Positions 1 through 8,864 are shown, counted from the first letter of the stretch. The stretch is 64,000 nt of DNA from an uncultured bacterium (GCA_964424735.1 CAYRJU010000005.1:5009-69008), one strand, 5' to 3'. Translations and numbers: made by a program. Notes: generated by a model not told the origin, from the sequence alone.

Positions 1-1360
1 GGCCGATTTCTTTGCGGAAGGTGAGTTGGATATCGCCGATCGGGCCATGGCGGTTTTTCACGACGAGGATTTCTGCAATGCCAGGTTTATCGTATTTATC
101 GTAGTAATCCCTTCGGAAGAGCATCATCACGACGTCACTATCCTGTTCCAAGCTCCCAGACTCCCTCAGATCGCTCAGCATGGGACGGTGTCCTTGTCTC
201 TCTTCCACTTTCCGCGAGAGCTGCGCCGCGCAGAGAACGGGAATGTTGAGTTCGCGAGCCAAATTCTTCAGCATGCGAGAAATTTCAGAGATTTCCGTCT
301 GCCGGTTCTCGATCGATCGCATGTTGCCAGAACCAGAGATGAGCTGGAGGTAGTCGATGACGATGAAGCCGACATTGTGCGCCTCTTTCATCCTGCGAGC
401 CCTTGCCCGGATATCGGTGATTTTGAGGCCCGGCTGATCGTCAATGATCATCGTGTGTTTTTGCATCTTGTTCACGGCTGCAACGATGCGTTGGTACTCA
501 GAGCCGCTCAAAGAGCCCGTTTGGATCTTTTCCGATTCGACCTCAGATTGCGAGCTGATGATGCGGTGAAGAATTTGTGTAGCGCTCATCTCGAGAGAAA
601 AAATGCCGACCGGAATGTTGTTGCGAAAACAGATGTTTTCTGCAAGTCCGCAGACAAGCGCAGATTTTCCCATGGCGGGCCTTGCAGCCAGAATCATCAG
701 GTTCGAATTGTTGAACCCGTTGAGCATTTTATCCAGATCCATGAAATGAGTAGGAATGCCCGTAATGCCAGGTTCGTTGGGTCCCCTTTCTTGGAACTTT
801 TGCTGTCTTTCTTGGAGCTCTTTGAGATAGGGAAGTTTCGATTCGGCCTTGAGACCTGAGATGAGATCTTTGATCGATACGCCGCCATTTCGCTGATTTT
901 CTTGAGAAATTTGAAAGAGTTGACTCTGCGCTTCATCCAGAGCAGCCAAGACATCGGCGGGCTCTTCAAGAGCCGTTTTCTCAATCCCTTGCGCGGTGAG
1001 GATCATGCGCCGTAAAACCGACTTTTCGCGCACGAGCTGTACGTATTCTTCGATGAAGGCGGAAGTTCCTGCGTATTGAGCAAGTGTCGTGAGATAGCTG
1101 ATCCCTCCGACCGACTCGAGTCTATTTTGCCGTTTCAGCTCTTCTCCAACGATGTGGATGTCGGCAGGTTTATCGGCTCTATAGATCGCTTTCAGAGCCG
1201 AGAAGAGAGTTTGGTGTTCCGTGTAATAAAAATCGAGATCGTGAAGCGAGTCGGCGGCTATGTTGAGTGCATTGATGTTCGTCAGCATGCAACCCAAAAC
1301 CATCATCTCCGATTCTTTGGAATTGGGAGGAACGCGCATCTTTTTGGTGTCTTCTGCCAT
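1..1360 (-). CDS. dnaB: Replicative DNA helicase DnaB (C-terminal end runs off the window)
   Basis: Absent from the ORF track because there is no stop in the window. The reverse-complement translation from ATG 1358-1360 reads MAEDTKKMRVPPNSKESEMMVLGCML.... It contains the P-loop region AARPAMGKSALV, IIDYLQLISGSG and LSDLRESGSLEQDSDVVMML. The + ORF 26..859 is its antisense shadow. Confidence 0.9.
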   Translation of the reverse strand, partial: MAEDTKKMRVPPNSKESEMMVLGCMLTNINALNIAADSLHDLDFYYTEHQTLFSALKAIYRADKPADIHIVGEELKRQNRLESVGGISYLTTLAQYAGTSAFIEEYVQLVREKSVLRRMILTAQGIEKTALEEPADVLAALDEAQSQLFQISQENQRNGGVSIKDLISGLKAESKLPYLKELQERQQKFQERGPNEPGITGIPTHFMDLDKMLNGFNNSNLMILAARPAMGKSALVCGLAENICFRNNIPVGIFSLEMSATQILHRIISSQSEVESEKIQTGSLSGSEYQRIVAAVNKMQKHTMIIDDQPGLKITDIRARARRMKEAHNVGFIVIDYLQLISGSGNMRSIENRQTEISEISRMLKNLARELNIPVLCAAQLSRKVEERQGHRPMLSDLRESGSLEQDSDVVMMLFRRDYYDKYDKPGIAEILVVKNRHGPIGDIQLTFRKEIG

Positions 1361-1412
1361 AATCCAAAACAATAGCAAAACGATCTTTAATGAGCTATTC
1401 CCAATGCATGTG

Positions 1413-1437
1413 GCTGCCCAGCTTTTTCCTGGGCAGC
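1413..1437 (-). terminator. Terminator-like hairpin downstream of the 1448..1960 gene
   Basis: Perfect 9-bp stem GCTGCCCAG / CTGGGCAGC with a 7-nt loop, about 10 nt after the stop codon. There is no clear U-tract. Confidence 0.35.
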
Positions 1438-1447
1438 ACCTTCTAAA

Positions 1448-1960
1448 TTAAGCCTGGTGGATGTTGCGATGAGAGCAAGTTGACATGAGCGTCCAGGTCT
1501 TTGACCAGTTTTGCTCTAAGACAGATTTTACAATGAACCCTATCCGATAGCAGGTGGAAAGTTGGTGTGGATTTTCTTTCAGAAGGAGAGCTGCCATAGC
1601 AGGACTTTTAGTATCGCGAATGAGTGTAGCATAATCCCATGCGTCCACCTCTCCTGCGGATAAGATTTTAGGGATAGCATCAGCATTCTGTCGATCTACA
1701 GCTTCATCAAGGGCTTTGAAAAGGATAGCTGCTCGGGGAGTGTCAAATCGGGTTCCATCATTACGACAATCAGGCTTCGTGTCCGCAGTATACCTTCCCT
1801 GCTGCACTCTAGCTAACAATTGGGTGAGTCTTTCGGAAGTGTACATGCTACTATCCCTTAGAATGTCGTGGAAGGCTTGATTCAGCTCAGACTGAGAAGG
1901 GTTTGGAAAGTTTGGATTGCATAGATTCAAAATATTTTGACGATATAGTTCAACAGACAT
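1448..1960 (-). CDS. Hypothetical protein (170 aa)
   Basis: Intact ORF with an ATG start. No recognisable motif. Confidence 0.5.
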   Translation of the reverse strand: MSVELYRQNILNLCNPNFPNPSQSELNQAFHDILRDSSMYTSERLTQLLARVQQGRYTADTKPDCRNDGTRFDTPRAAILFKALDEAVDRQNADAIPKILSAGEVDAWDYATLIRDTKSPAMAALLLKENPHQLSTCYRIGFIVKSVLEQNWSKTWTLMSTCSHRNIHQA

Positions 1961-2100
1961 TTATTCCTCATTTTTAATGAACAAATTATATCAATTTTAT
2001 TGTTTAAATTAAATAATTTCTTGTCCCGAAATTCGAGTTGCAAAGAAACTGTTTGAAAATATTTTCTCTTCAAGCCAAATAAGGGGATAGGAGAGAAACT

Positions 2101-3144
2101 ATGCAGAAAAGTGTCGTCATTGTCACCGGGAGCTGCGGAAGGATTGGGACGCAGATCGTCAAACGGCTCGGCAAAGAGCATTCCATCGTCGGGTTTGAGC
2201 TCTTAAAAGCCATTTATGCCTCAGAGCAAGAAGAGCTCGTGCCAGTGGATCTCTCCTCCGATGAGAGTGTGACTCAGGCTTTTAACCACATTCGGCAGTT
2301 TTACGGGAATCGGATCTCCTCTGTCATCCACTTGGCCGCCTACTACAGCTTTAAAGAAAAATGCTCGCCCCTTTATGACAAGATCACCGTGCAGGGCACA
2401 GAAAGACTTTTGAAGGCGCTTGAAGATTTTGAAGTGGAACAGTTCCTCTTTACGAGTACGATGTTGGTGCATGCTCCCACAAGACCTGGCGTGGCCATCA
2501 CAGAAGATTCTCCCGTTTGCGCCACGTGGGGCTATCCCATTTCCAAAGTAGAGACGGAAGAGCTGATTCATGAAAAAAGGGGGAAAATGCCCGTCGTCAT
2601 CTTGCGCGTAGCGGGGGTGTATGACGATTTTTGCCATTCGATTCCCATCAGCCATCAGATCCAGCGCATTTATGAAAGAAAGCTCGAAGCGAGACTCTTT
2701 TCTGGGAATATTCAGCACGGAGCCGCTTTTGTTCACATGGATGATCTCATCGATGCGCTAGAAACCTCTGTGAAAAAGAGAAAAGAGCTTCCCGAAGAAC
2801 TCACGCTTTTGATTGGTGAAGAGACGACGATGAGCTACGACGCGATGCAGAGGAGCATTTCGAAACTCTTATTTGACAAAGAGTTTACGACGTTGCGAGT
2901 TCCAAAAGCTCTTGCAAAAATAGGTGCTTGGATTCAGTGCCATTTGCCCTTCGGCAAAGATCCCTTCATTAAGCCTTGGATGATCGATTATGCCGATGAT
3001 CACTACGAGCTCAATGTCAGTCGGGCCAAAGAGATGCTCGGGTGGACTCCAAAACACTCAATTGAAACCACTCTGCCCAAAATGATTCAGGCCCTTTTGA
3101 AAGATCCTGAAAAATGGTACCACGGAAATGGGCTGCAGAGGTAA
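2101..3144 (+). CDS. NAD-dependent epimerase/dehydratase (extended SDR family)
   Basis: N-terminal Rossmann motif VTGSCGRIGTQIV. Length and overall pattern fit an extended SDR. Confidence 0.8.
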   Translation: MQKSVVIVTGSCGRIGTQIVKRLGKEHSIVGFELLKAIYASEQEELVPVDLSSDESVTQAFNHIRQFYGNRISSVIHLAAYYSFKEKCSPLYDKITVQGTERLLKALEDFEVEQFLFTSTMLVHAPTRPGVAITEDSPVCATWGYPISKVETEELIHEKRGKMPVVILRVAGVYDDFCHSIPISHQIQRIYERKLEARLFSGNIQHGAAFVHMDDLIDALETSVKKRKELPEELTLLIGEETTMSYDAMQRSISKLLFDKEFTTLRVPKALAKIGAWIQCHLPFGKDPFIKPWMIDYADDHYELNVSRAKEMLGWTPKHSIETTLPKMIQALLKDPEKWYHGNGLQR

Positions 3145-3293
3145 GAGACTGTCTACTTGTTTATCATGTCCTTATCCAATCTATGATAGATCTTGACAAT
3201 GGGGAGCGCTACATAGGATAAAGGGACTATGCAGACTTTTTTATTGAAGGGGCTAGTTGTATCCCTACCTCAGGGGGAAATGGAACAGGAGGA

Positions 3294-4091
3294 GTGGGTG
3301 GCGATGCAGGCAATATCCGCTTGCAGCCCGCTACTGGGTATTCAGGCAATTATCCGATGGGGCTCATCATTTTGAATGAAGATCTATCGAGCGGACTCGA
3401 AGGCAATCTGGTCGCTTTAGGGGGAAGTGGCACGATTCAAGGTCTAGATGCGGAAATCGCTCTCTCTGCCAACCGCTCGAGTTATCCAGCAGTTGCGACC
3501 ATTGTCAGCAGTGCATCGGGGAATGACCTAGTCGTCAATGCACGCTCTTTGGTGATGGGTACTTTCGAAACCATGACCATTCTCGGCAATATCACTTTGA
3601 ACTGCACGAATCTCACTCTCGGAGATACGGTGGCTCTACAGAATCTGGCTCTCAATGCGACGAGTTCAATCTTTCTCAAAACGCATGGAGATGTATCTTT
3701 GCTCAATAATATCGGAGGATTTTACACTTCGCCATCACTCTACTTTTTAGGTGGTTCTGGCTACAGTCAGACTGGAACTTTGATTCCTTCGGGAGCGGCT
3801 CTCAACGCTGGCGATATCGGTCTATCTACTCCTGTCTTTTTGAACCTTCTCTTCTTCACTTCCCACATTTTGAACTATGACACCACTTTCCAGCCCAATC
3901 CTCCTGCCCCTACTCCTTCGGGTGGTGGGACCGTCGAAATTGCCCCTTCGCCCTCGATTGTCCGCGGTGACTTTTACAAACTCGCGATAGCCGATGCGCA
4001 GCTATCCGATCTCTTGCCGATCTACCCTCATTATTTCCCCCGTCCTTTCAAGCTGATCCCCCACAAAAAGTGGAGAATAAGACCGAAATAA
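3294..4091 (+). CDS. Beta-helix / adhesin-like repeat protein, possibly a gene fragment
   Basis: The frame is open from 3222 with no ATG; the first candidate start is GTG 3294. It begins mid-repeat (GGNGTGGVGGDAGNIRL), has ITLN/LTLG-type repeats and no signal peptide. Confidence 0.4.
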   Translation: MGGDAGNIRLQPATGYSGNYPMGLIILNEDLSSGLEGNLVALGGSGTIQGLDAEIALSANRSSYPAVATIVSSASGNDLVVNARSLVMGTFETMTILGNITLNCTNLTLGDTVALQNLALNATSSIFLKTHGDVSLLNNIGGFYTSPSLYFLGGSGYSQTGTLIPSGAALNAGDIGLSTPVFLNLLFFTSHILNYDTTFQPNPPAPTPSGGGTVEIAPSPSIVRGDFYKLAIADAQLSDLLPIYPHYFPRPFKLIPHKKWRIRPK

Positions 4092-4103
4092 GAAGAATTG
4101 GGA

Positions 4104-4481
4104 TTAATAATGAGTTGGCGTAAGCCCGTTGGCTAAGGCTTCGCAGCAGCCTTGGCATCTTCCAAGCTGCAAAGTGATTAAATTAGGATCAGTCTCAGGT
4201 CCTTCCTCTATGAGATTTACACAGGTTTGTTCTGTTATGCCAAAGCAGGGTTGTAACGCTCTGGGTAGTTTATTAAAATCAATACTTCCAAGCATGGATA
4301 AAACGTTTCCGATGTCTGCATGAAACTTCGTAAAATTTCCACTTTTTATCGCGTCTTCTAGATCGCTGGAATAGCTGTAAAGCCAGTCCGTTAATTTGTT
4401 GAAAACCTCTTGGGAAGGAGGAATAGGAGGATAGGGATCAGATTTTCCTGGGCCGTTACTGCCATCAATAGGCTTAATCAT
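4104..4481 (-). CDS. Hypothetical protein (125 aa)
   Basis: ATG start preceded by AGGAGA. No recognisable domain. Confidence 0.5.
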   Translation of the reverse strand: MIKPIDGSNGPGKSDPYPPIPPSQEVFNKLTDWLYSYSSDLEDAIKSGNFTKFHADIGNVLSMLGSIDFNKLPRALQPCFGITEQTCVNLIEEGPETDPNLITLQLGRCQGCCEALANGLTPTHY

Positions 4482-4606
4482 AGGATCTCCTTTGTGAGTT
4501 AATTCCTACTTACCAAAATCAAATAAAAATTTGCACTGATTTCAAGATGGGAGATCGAGATCGTTACGTAACGGTAAATGGACTGAATATCAGCCACTTA
4601 AAAATT

Positions 4607-4674
4607 CATGCGGAGAATAATCGGTCTATTCCCCGCATGTTTTGCGGAGAATAAGCTTGGCTTTGCGGAGAATA
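4607..4674 (+). promoter_or_regulatory. Cluster of four copies of an 11-13-mer (TGCGGAGAATA) upstream of fic
   Basis: Direct copies lie at 4609-4619, 4643-4653 and 4664-4674. An inverted near-copy TATTCCCCGCATG lies at 4627-4639. All sit just 5' of the likely fic ATG (4695). Confidence 0.45.
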
Positions 4675-4694
4675 GATGTTACAATTGGGTAGAT

Positions 4695-5801
4695 ATGTAT
4701 ATTCATGAACTATCCGACTGGCCCCATTTTTCGTGGGATCAGTATCAGATCGCCGAGCTATTGATTCAAGTGCGACACCAGCAAGGCCGTTTAACGGGCG
4801 GGATGGAGTCAATAGGACTTCATTTGCTCGAACAAACTATTTTACAGACATTGACTCAAGACGTGGTGAAATCTAGCGAAATTGAAGGGGAAATACTCGA
4901 TGCGTCGCAAGTTCGTTCTTCTGTGGCTCGGCAGCTTGGCATAGAACATGCTGCTCTCGGTCTTCCAGATAGACATATTGATGGCGTAGTCAAGATGATT
5001 TTGGATGCAACTCAAAATTTTGACAAGCCTCTCACTAAAGAACGACTCTTTAGCTGGCATAGAGCTCTTTTTCCAGAAGAGAGGAGTGGTTTGAAGAAAA
5101 TCACTATTGGAACCTGGCGAAAGGGTCCTGTTTATGTAGTTTCTGGGCAAATGGGCAAAGAAAAGATCCATTTTGAAGCGCCGCCAGCTGAGCGTGTTGA
5201 TGGTGAGATGAGATCTTTTTTATATTGGATCAATGAAGAACACTCGATGGACCTTGTTCTTAAGGCAGCCCTTGCTCATCTTTGGTTTGTCACCATTCAT
5301 CCCTTTGATGATGGGAATGGTCGTATCGGTCGAGCTATTGCAGATCTTCTTCTTGCTCGATCCGAAAAGAGCTGTCATCGTTTTTACAGTCTTTCTCAAC
5401 AAATTCAAGTAGAAAGAAAACGCTACTATACAATTTTAGAGCAGACTCAACGAGGAACGCTAGACGTGACATCTTGGATTGCGTGGTTTTTGGGGTGTCT
5501 GGAAAGGGCGATTCAACAGGCTTTCAGTGTTTTTGAGACAGTGCTTGACAAAGCGCGGTTTTGGGAAGCAGTCTCGAGTGTAGCGCTGAATGAAAGACAA
5601 AGGAGGGTATTAAATCGTTTATTGGATGGCTTTGAAGGCAAACTCACCTCTTCAAAGTGGGCGAAGATGACAAAGTGTTCGCAGGACACAGCTCATCGAG
5701 ACATTGTCGATCTAATCGAAAAGGGAATTCTCATTAAGAATATCGGAGGAGGGCGGAGTTCGAGCTATTCATTAGTGATGCGGAAGCGAAGTTTACAATG
5801 A
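4695..5801 (+). CDS. Fic family protein (class II architecture, C-terminal winged-helix-like region)
   Basis: Canonical motif HPFDDGNGRIGR at 5298-5333. Inhibitory-helix motif SSEIEG at 4872-4889. I chose the start at MYIHELSDWPHF because the upstream part of ORF 4608.. covers the repeat cluster. Confidence 0.85.
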   Translation: MYIHELSDWPHFSWDQYQIAELLIQVRHQQGRLTGGMESIGLHLLEQTILQTLTQDVVKSSEIEGEILDASQVRSSVARQLGIEHAALGLPDRHIDGVVKMILDATQNFDKPLTKERLFSWHRALFPEERSGLKKITIGTWRKGPVYVVSGQMGKEKIHFEAPPAERVDGEMRSFLYWINEEHSMDLVLKAALAHLWFVTIHPFDDGNGRIGRAIADLLLARSEKSCHRFYSLSQQIQVERKRYYTILEQTQRGTLDVTSWIAWFLGCLERAIQQAFSVFETVLDKARFWEAVSSVALNERQRRVLNRLLDGFEGKLTSSKWAKMTKCSQDTAHRDIVDLIEKGILIKNIGGGRSSSYSLVMRKRSLQ

Positions 5802-5899
5802 CCTATCTAAGGAGTTTTCTTTATCTTCACTCATAGCGGGCGGCAAGCCGTCCCGTCCATTCGGGGCCGCTTCGGTCCCTCTCTTTCGATACTTCGTAT

Positions 5900-5989
5900 C
5901 GGAAAGAGAGGGATTTGAACCCTCGGTACCCCTTTGGGGAGTACGCGTCCTTAGCAGGGACGTGCCTTCAGCCGCTCAGCCATCTTTCC
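5900..5989 (-). tRNA. tRNA-Ser (anticodon GCU)
   Basis: Manual fold: acceptor GGAAAGA/TCTTTCC, anticodon stem CGTCC/GGACG with loop CTGCTAA, long variable arm, T-loop GGTTCAAATCC. CCA is not encoded. Confidence 0.9.
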
Positions 5990-6043
5990 AAAAAACAGTG
6001 GAGTCCATGGTAACCCAAAAAGCCGTTTTCAGCAAGGAATTGT

Positions 6044-6179
6044 CAAAGAATAAAGTAAAGCGTTTAGTGGTCTCAGAATGGGTCAGGCTTGAATGATCTT
6101 AAGGAGAGCCATATTGCCGCAATATGGCCGACGAAAGATCATTCAAAGATGGCCGCTAAACGCTTTACTTTATTCTTTG
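6044..6179. repeat. Nested palindromic element (copy 1 of the CCATATTG-N3-CAATATGG core family)
   Basis: Perfect 24-bp outer inverted repeat 6044-6067 / 6156-6179. Middle inverted repeat 6088-6100 / 6135-6148. Core hairpin 6108-6128. Confidence 0.8.
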
Positions 6180-6205
6180 GCAGTTCTCACGGAAAGGAAA
6201 ACTCC

Positions 6206-8074
6206 TTAACGGACGCGCAGCGCGTTCAGAATCACGGCCACATCGATCACCTCTTGGAGCATCGCCCCAACGGCCGGCTCGATCTGCCCAAAAGCCGCCA
6301 GAATCATCAAGAAAAAACTTAAAAGTAAGCCAATGAAAATGCTCTGCTTGGCAACCTGCAAGGTCCTTTGGCTGATCGCGATTGCGTCCCCCACCTTGGC
6401 CACATCGTCGACGAGAAGGACAATGTCGGCGGCCTCTGCCGAAATAGCGCTTCCCATAGCGCCCATCGCGATGCCCGTTGTGGCCGTTGCTAGAGCTGGC
6501 GCATCGTTAATCCCATCGCCGATCATAGTAATGGTCGAGTACTGTTCCTTGAAGCCACGCACCGTTTCGACTTTTTGGGCAGGAAGCAGCTCTGCCTGAA
6601 CTCGCTCGATGCCCGCCTGCTTGGCGATGACTTCTGCATTCTTTTTGCTATCCCCAGTGAGCATGACGATTTCTTTGACTCCAAGAGCGCGCAGCCTTTT
6701 GAGAAGAGAGGGGATTTCCGGACGAATCTGGTCGCTGATGACAAAGATGCCAATGCAGAGATGGTCTTTTGCAATGAAGATAAGCAGCTTCTCTTGAGAA
6801 TAGAAACGCTGGATGGCCTCTTCACAGTTTTTAAAACAGTCGGTGCCCAGTTTTTCTTTGAGAAAAGAATAGGATCCAATGGTGTAGTGAGCGCCCTCGA
6901 GATCTCCCTCAATCCCGCGTCCCGCAAATTCTCGATAATTTTGGGGCAACTGGAGCTTTTGATTGGCCTTTTCGACAACAGCTTTGGCAATGGAATGGGA
7001 TGAGAGCTGCTCGAGAGAGGCCGTTTTATAGAGAAGGTCTTGGGCAGATTCGTGATTGAGAGGGATGATTTCTTCTACAAAAGGCGTTCCATAAGTGATG
7101 GTTCCCGTTTTATCGAAAAGAGCCGCTTTGGTTTGCCCTACCTGCTCCATCGGAGCGCCCCCTTTGACGATGATCCCCTCTTTAGCGCATTTGTTGATGC
7201 CACACAGAATGGCAAGAGGCGTTGCTAAAATGAGGGGACAAGGTGTTGCAACGACGAGAACGGCTAAAATCGTGAGGGGGTCGCGGGTGAGCAAATAGCC
7301 CAAAAAGCTCATCAAGAGAGTGAGAGGGGTGAAGAAAATGGCATACCGGTCGGCAAGGCGTTGGATGGGCGCTTTTTCGAGCTGCGCTTTTTGGACGAGC
7401 TCGACAATTTTTTGATATTGGCTCTCTTGGCTATCCTTATCGGCACGCATTTCAAAGGCGCCATTGATATCGATGGTTCCAGAATAGACTTTGTCTTTGG
7501 CCGCTTTGGATTTAGCGAGAGGCTCTCCCGTAAGGGCCGCTTCGTCAATTTCTGCCGAGCCGCTGAGAATGGTTCCATCGACGGGGATGAGATCCCCAGG
7601 ACGGACCATGAGAATATCGCCGATCTGCACCTCTTTGACGTCAATTTTTTCGATGGAGCCATCGATTTTGCGGAAAGCAAATCGAGGAGCCCGTTCCAAA
7701 AGAGCTTTGAGAGAGCTCGAGGCTCTTTTCATCCCAAAATTTTCTAGCGCTTCGCCACCCGACTGCATCAAGACCACTACGGCTCCTGCAAAGGCCTCGC
7801 CCATGAAGAGTGCGGTCAGGATAGCGAGCATGGCGACGATATCGGAGGCAAATTCTCCCTTCAGCATGCCCTTCACAGTCTGAAAGACAATGGGCGCTCC
7901 ACAGGTAATCAGTGTCGTGAGCCAAATCCACTCACTGATCTCTTTTCGATGCAGAGGAAAATAAAAAATGAGACCGAGGATGAGGCCACTGAGAGCCAAT
8001 AAGGGCAGAGGGTAGCTGAGCCATTTACTCAATTTCGCTAGGGGGCGCGAGGAGGCGTTTGCCATTGAGGGCAT
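6206..8074 (-). CDS. Heavy-metal-type P1B ATPase without an N-terminal metal-binding domain
   Basis: DKTGTIT, LTGEP and GDGINDAPAL motifs. The membrane motif is TPCP (7235-7246) rather than CPC. The protein starts directly with TM helices. Confidence 0.9.
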   Translation of the reverse strand: MPSMANASSRPLAKLSKWLSYPLPLLALSGLILGLIFYFPLHRKEISEWIWLTTLITCGAPIVFQTVKGMLKGEFASDIVAMLAILTALFMGEAFAGAVVVLMQSGGEALENFGMKRASSSLKALLERAPRFAFRKIDGSIEKIDVKEVQIGDILMVRPGDLIPVDGTILSGSAEIDEAALTGEPLAKSKAAKDKVYSGTIDINGAFEMRADKDSQESQYQKIVELVQKAQLEKAPIQRLADRYAIFFTPLTLLMSFLGYLLTRDPLTILAVLVVATPCPLILATPLAILCGINKCAKEGIIVKGGAPMEQVGQTKAALFDKTGTITYGTPFVEEIIPLNHESAQDLLYKTASLEQLSSHSIAKAVVEKANQKLQLPQNYREFAGRGIEGDLEGAHYTIGSYSFLKEKLGTDCFKNCEEAIQRFYSQEKLLIFIAKDHLCIGIFVISDQIRPEIPSLLKRLRALGVKEIVMLTGDSKKNAEVIAKQAGIERVQAELLPAQKVETVRGFKEQYSTITMIGDGINDAPALATATTGIAMGAMGSAISAEAADIVLLVDDVAKVGDAIAISQRTLQVAKQSIFIGLLLSFFLMILAAFGQIEPAVGAMLQEVIDVAVILNALRVR

Positions 8075-8864
8075 TCCAATAGGTTGTCATTTGAGATCCA
8101 TCTGGATTTTGGACGACAATGCTATAAACGGGAAGAAAAATCTCTGTTGTTTTTCGGATGGCAAAATCGCCTCCAAAAGCAGCTTTGGCAATGTTTTCGA
8201 TTTGAGAAGCACGGTAGCGCTTTTTGACTCGAAGGGCATGTTTTGTCGGTTTTGTTACGAGCCATTGCTCAAGTTTAGTCTCGGGAATCACTTGCAGTTT
8301 AGGATTTTGTAAATGGAGGCGATAGGTATTGCCATGCTGAACAATGAGGCTTTTTTTTCTGCAACTATCGACCCACGTATCCAAAATATTGTTTTCGATA
8401 TTGAGGAATCTAGAAAGCCCATCCCGATCCCAAGAGCCCCCTTTTGAAGAAAGAGCGTTGATGATCTTGAACTCTTGACGCGTTGCGTTGGAAGCGATGC
8501 AGTCGGTAAACCCGTGCGTTTTTTCCCAGGTCCCCGTATTGATGACCATCTCTCCATCGACAAGTCCCCAGAGGATGATCCCTTCGCTCGTTTTATCTTT
8601 AGATCGGTTGTATTTGACATCCAGGAGTAAATAGGGAACAAATTTCAGAGTGGGTTCGAGGAAGATGTGATTCGGATCTTTGAGGAGCTCTTTGCGGTGC
8701 GCCTCCATGATACTCTCTGCCGAATAGCGCATCTCGAGGGTTTGAAAAGTGGAAGAACTCAGTAAATCTTCAATCTTTGTTCTTACTTTTGGTTGATAAT
8801 TCCAAGTCCAATATCCGCCGCCAACAATGAATAAAAAGAACAATGTTGAGAAGATTGTGCGCAT
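8025..8864 (-). CDS. Membrane-anchored hypothetical protein (279 aa)
   Basis: N-terminal TM segment STLFFLFIVGGGYWTW. Its 3' end overlaps the ATPase start by about 50 nt. Confidence 0.6.
   Translation of the reverse strand: MRTIFSTLFFLFIVGGGYWTWNYQPKVRTKIEDLLSSSTFQTLEMRYSAESIMEAHRKELLKDPNHIFLEPTLKFVPYLLLDVKYNRSKDKTSEGIILWGLVDGEMVINTGTWEKTHGFTDCIASNATRQEFKIINALSSKGGSWDRDGLSRFLNIENNILDTWVDSCRKKSLIVQHGNTYRLHLQNPKLQVIPETKLEQWLVTKPTKHALRVKKRYRASQIENIAKAAFGGDFAIRKTTEIFLPVYSIVVQNPDGSQMTTYWNALNGKRLLAPPSEIE

Noticed and set aside
26-859. 277-aa + strand ORF at the start of the window.
   Set aside because: It is antisense to a clearly recognisable dnaB reading frame on the minus strand. Its product has no motifs and looks like low-complexity nonsense.
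3142-5989. Integrative genomic island at tRNA-Ser carrying Fic.
   Set aside because: There is no integrase or recombinase and no convincing direct repeat of the tRNA 3' end at the distal edge. I saw only a weak AAGAGA match at 3143 and an inverted partial copy at 5876-5892. I kept it as an accessory patch, not a called mobile element.
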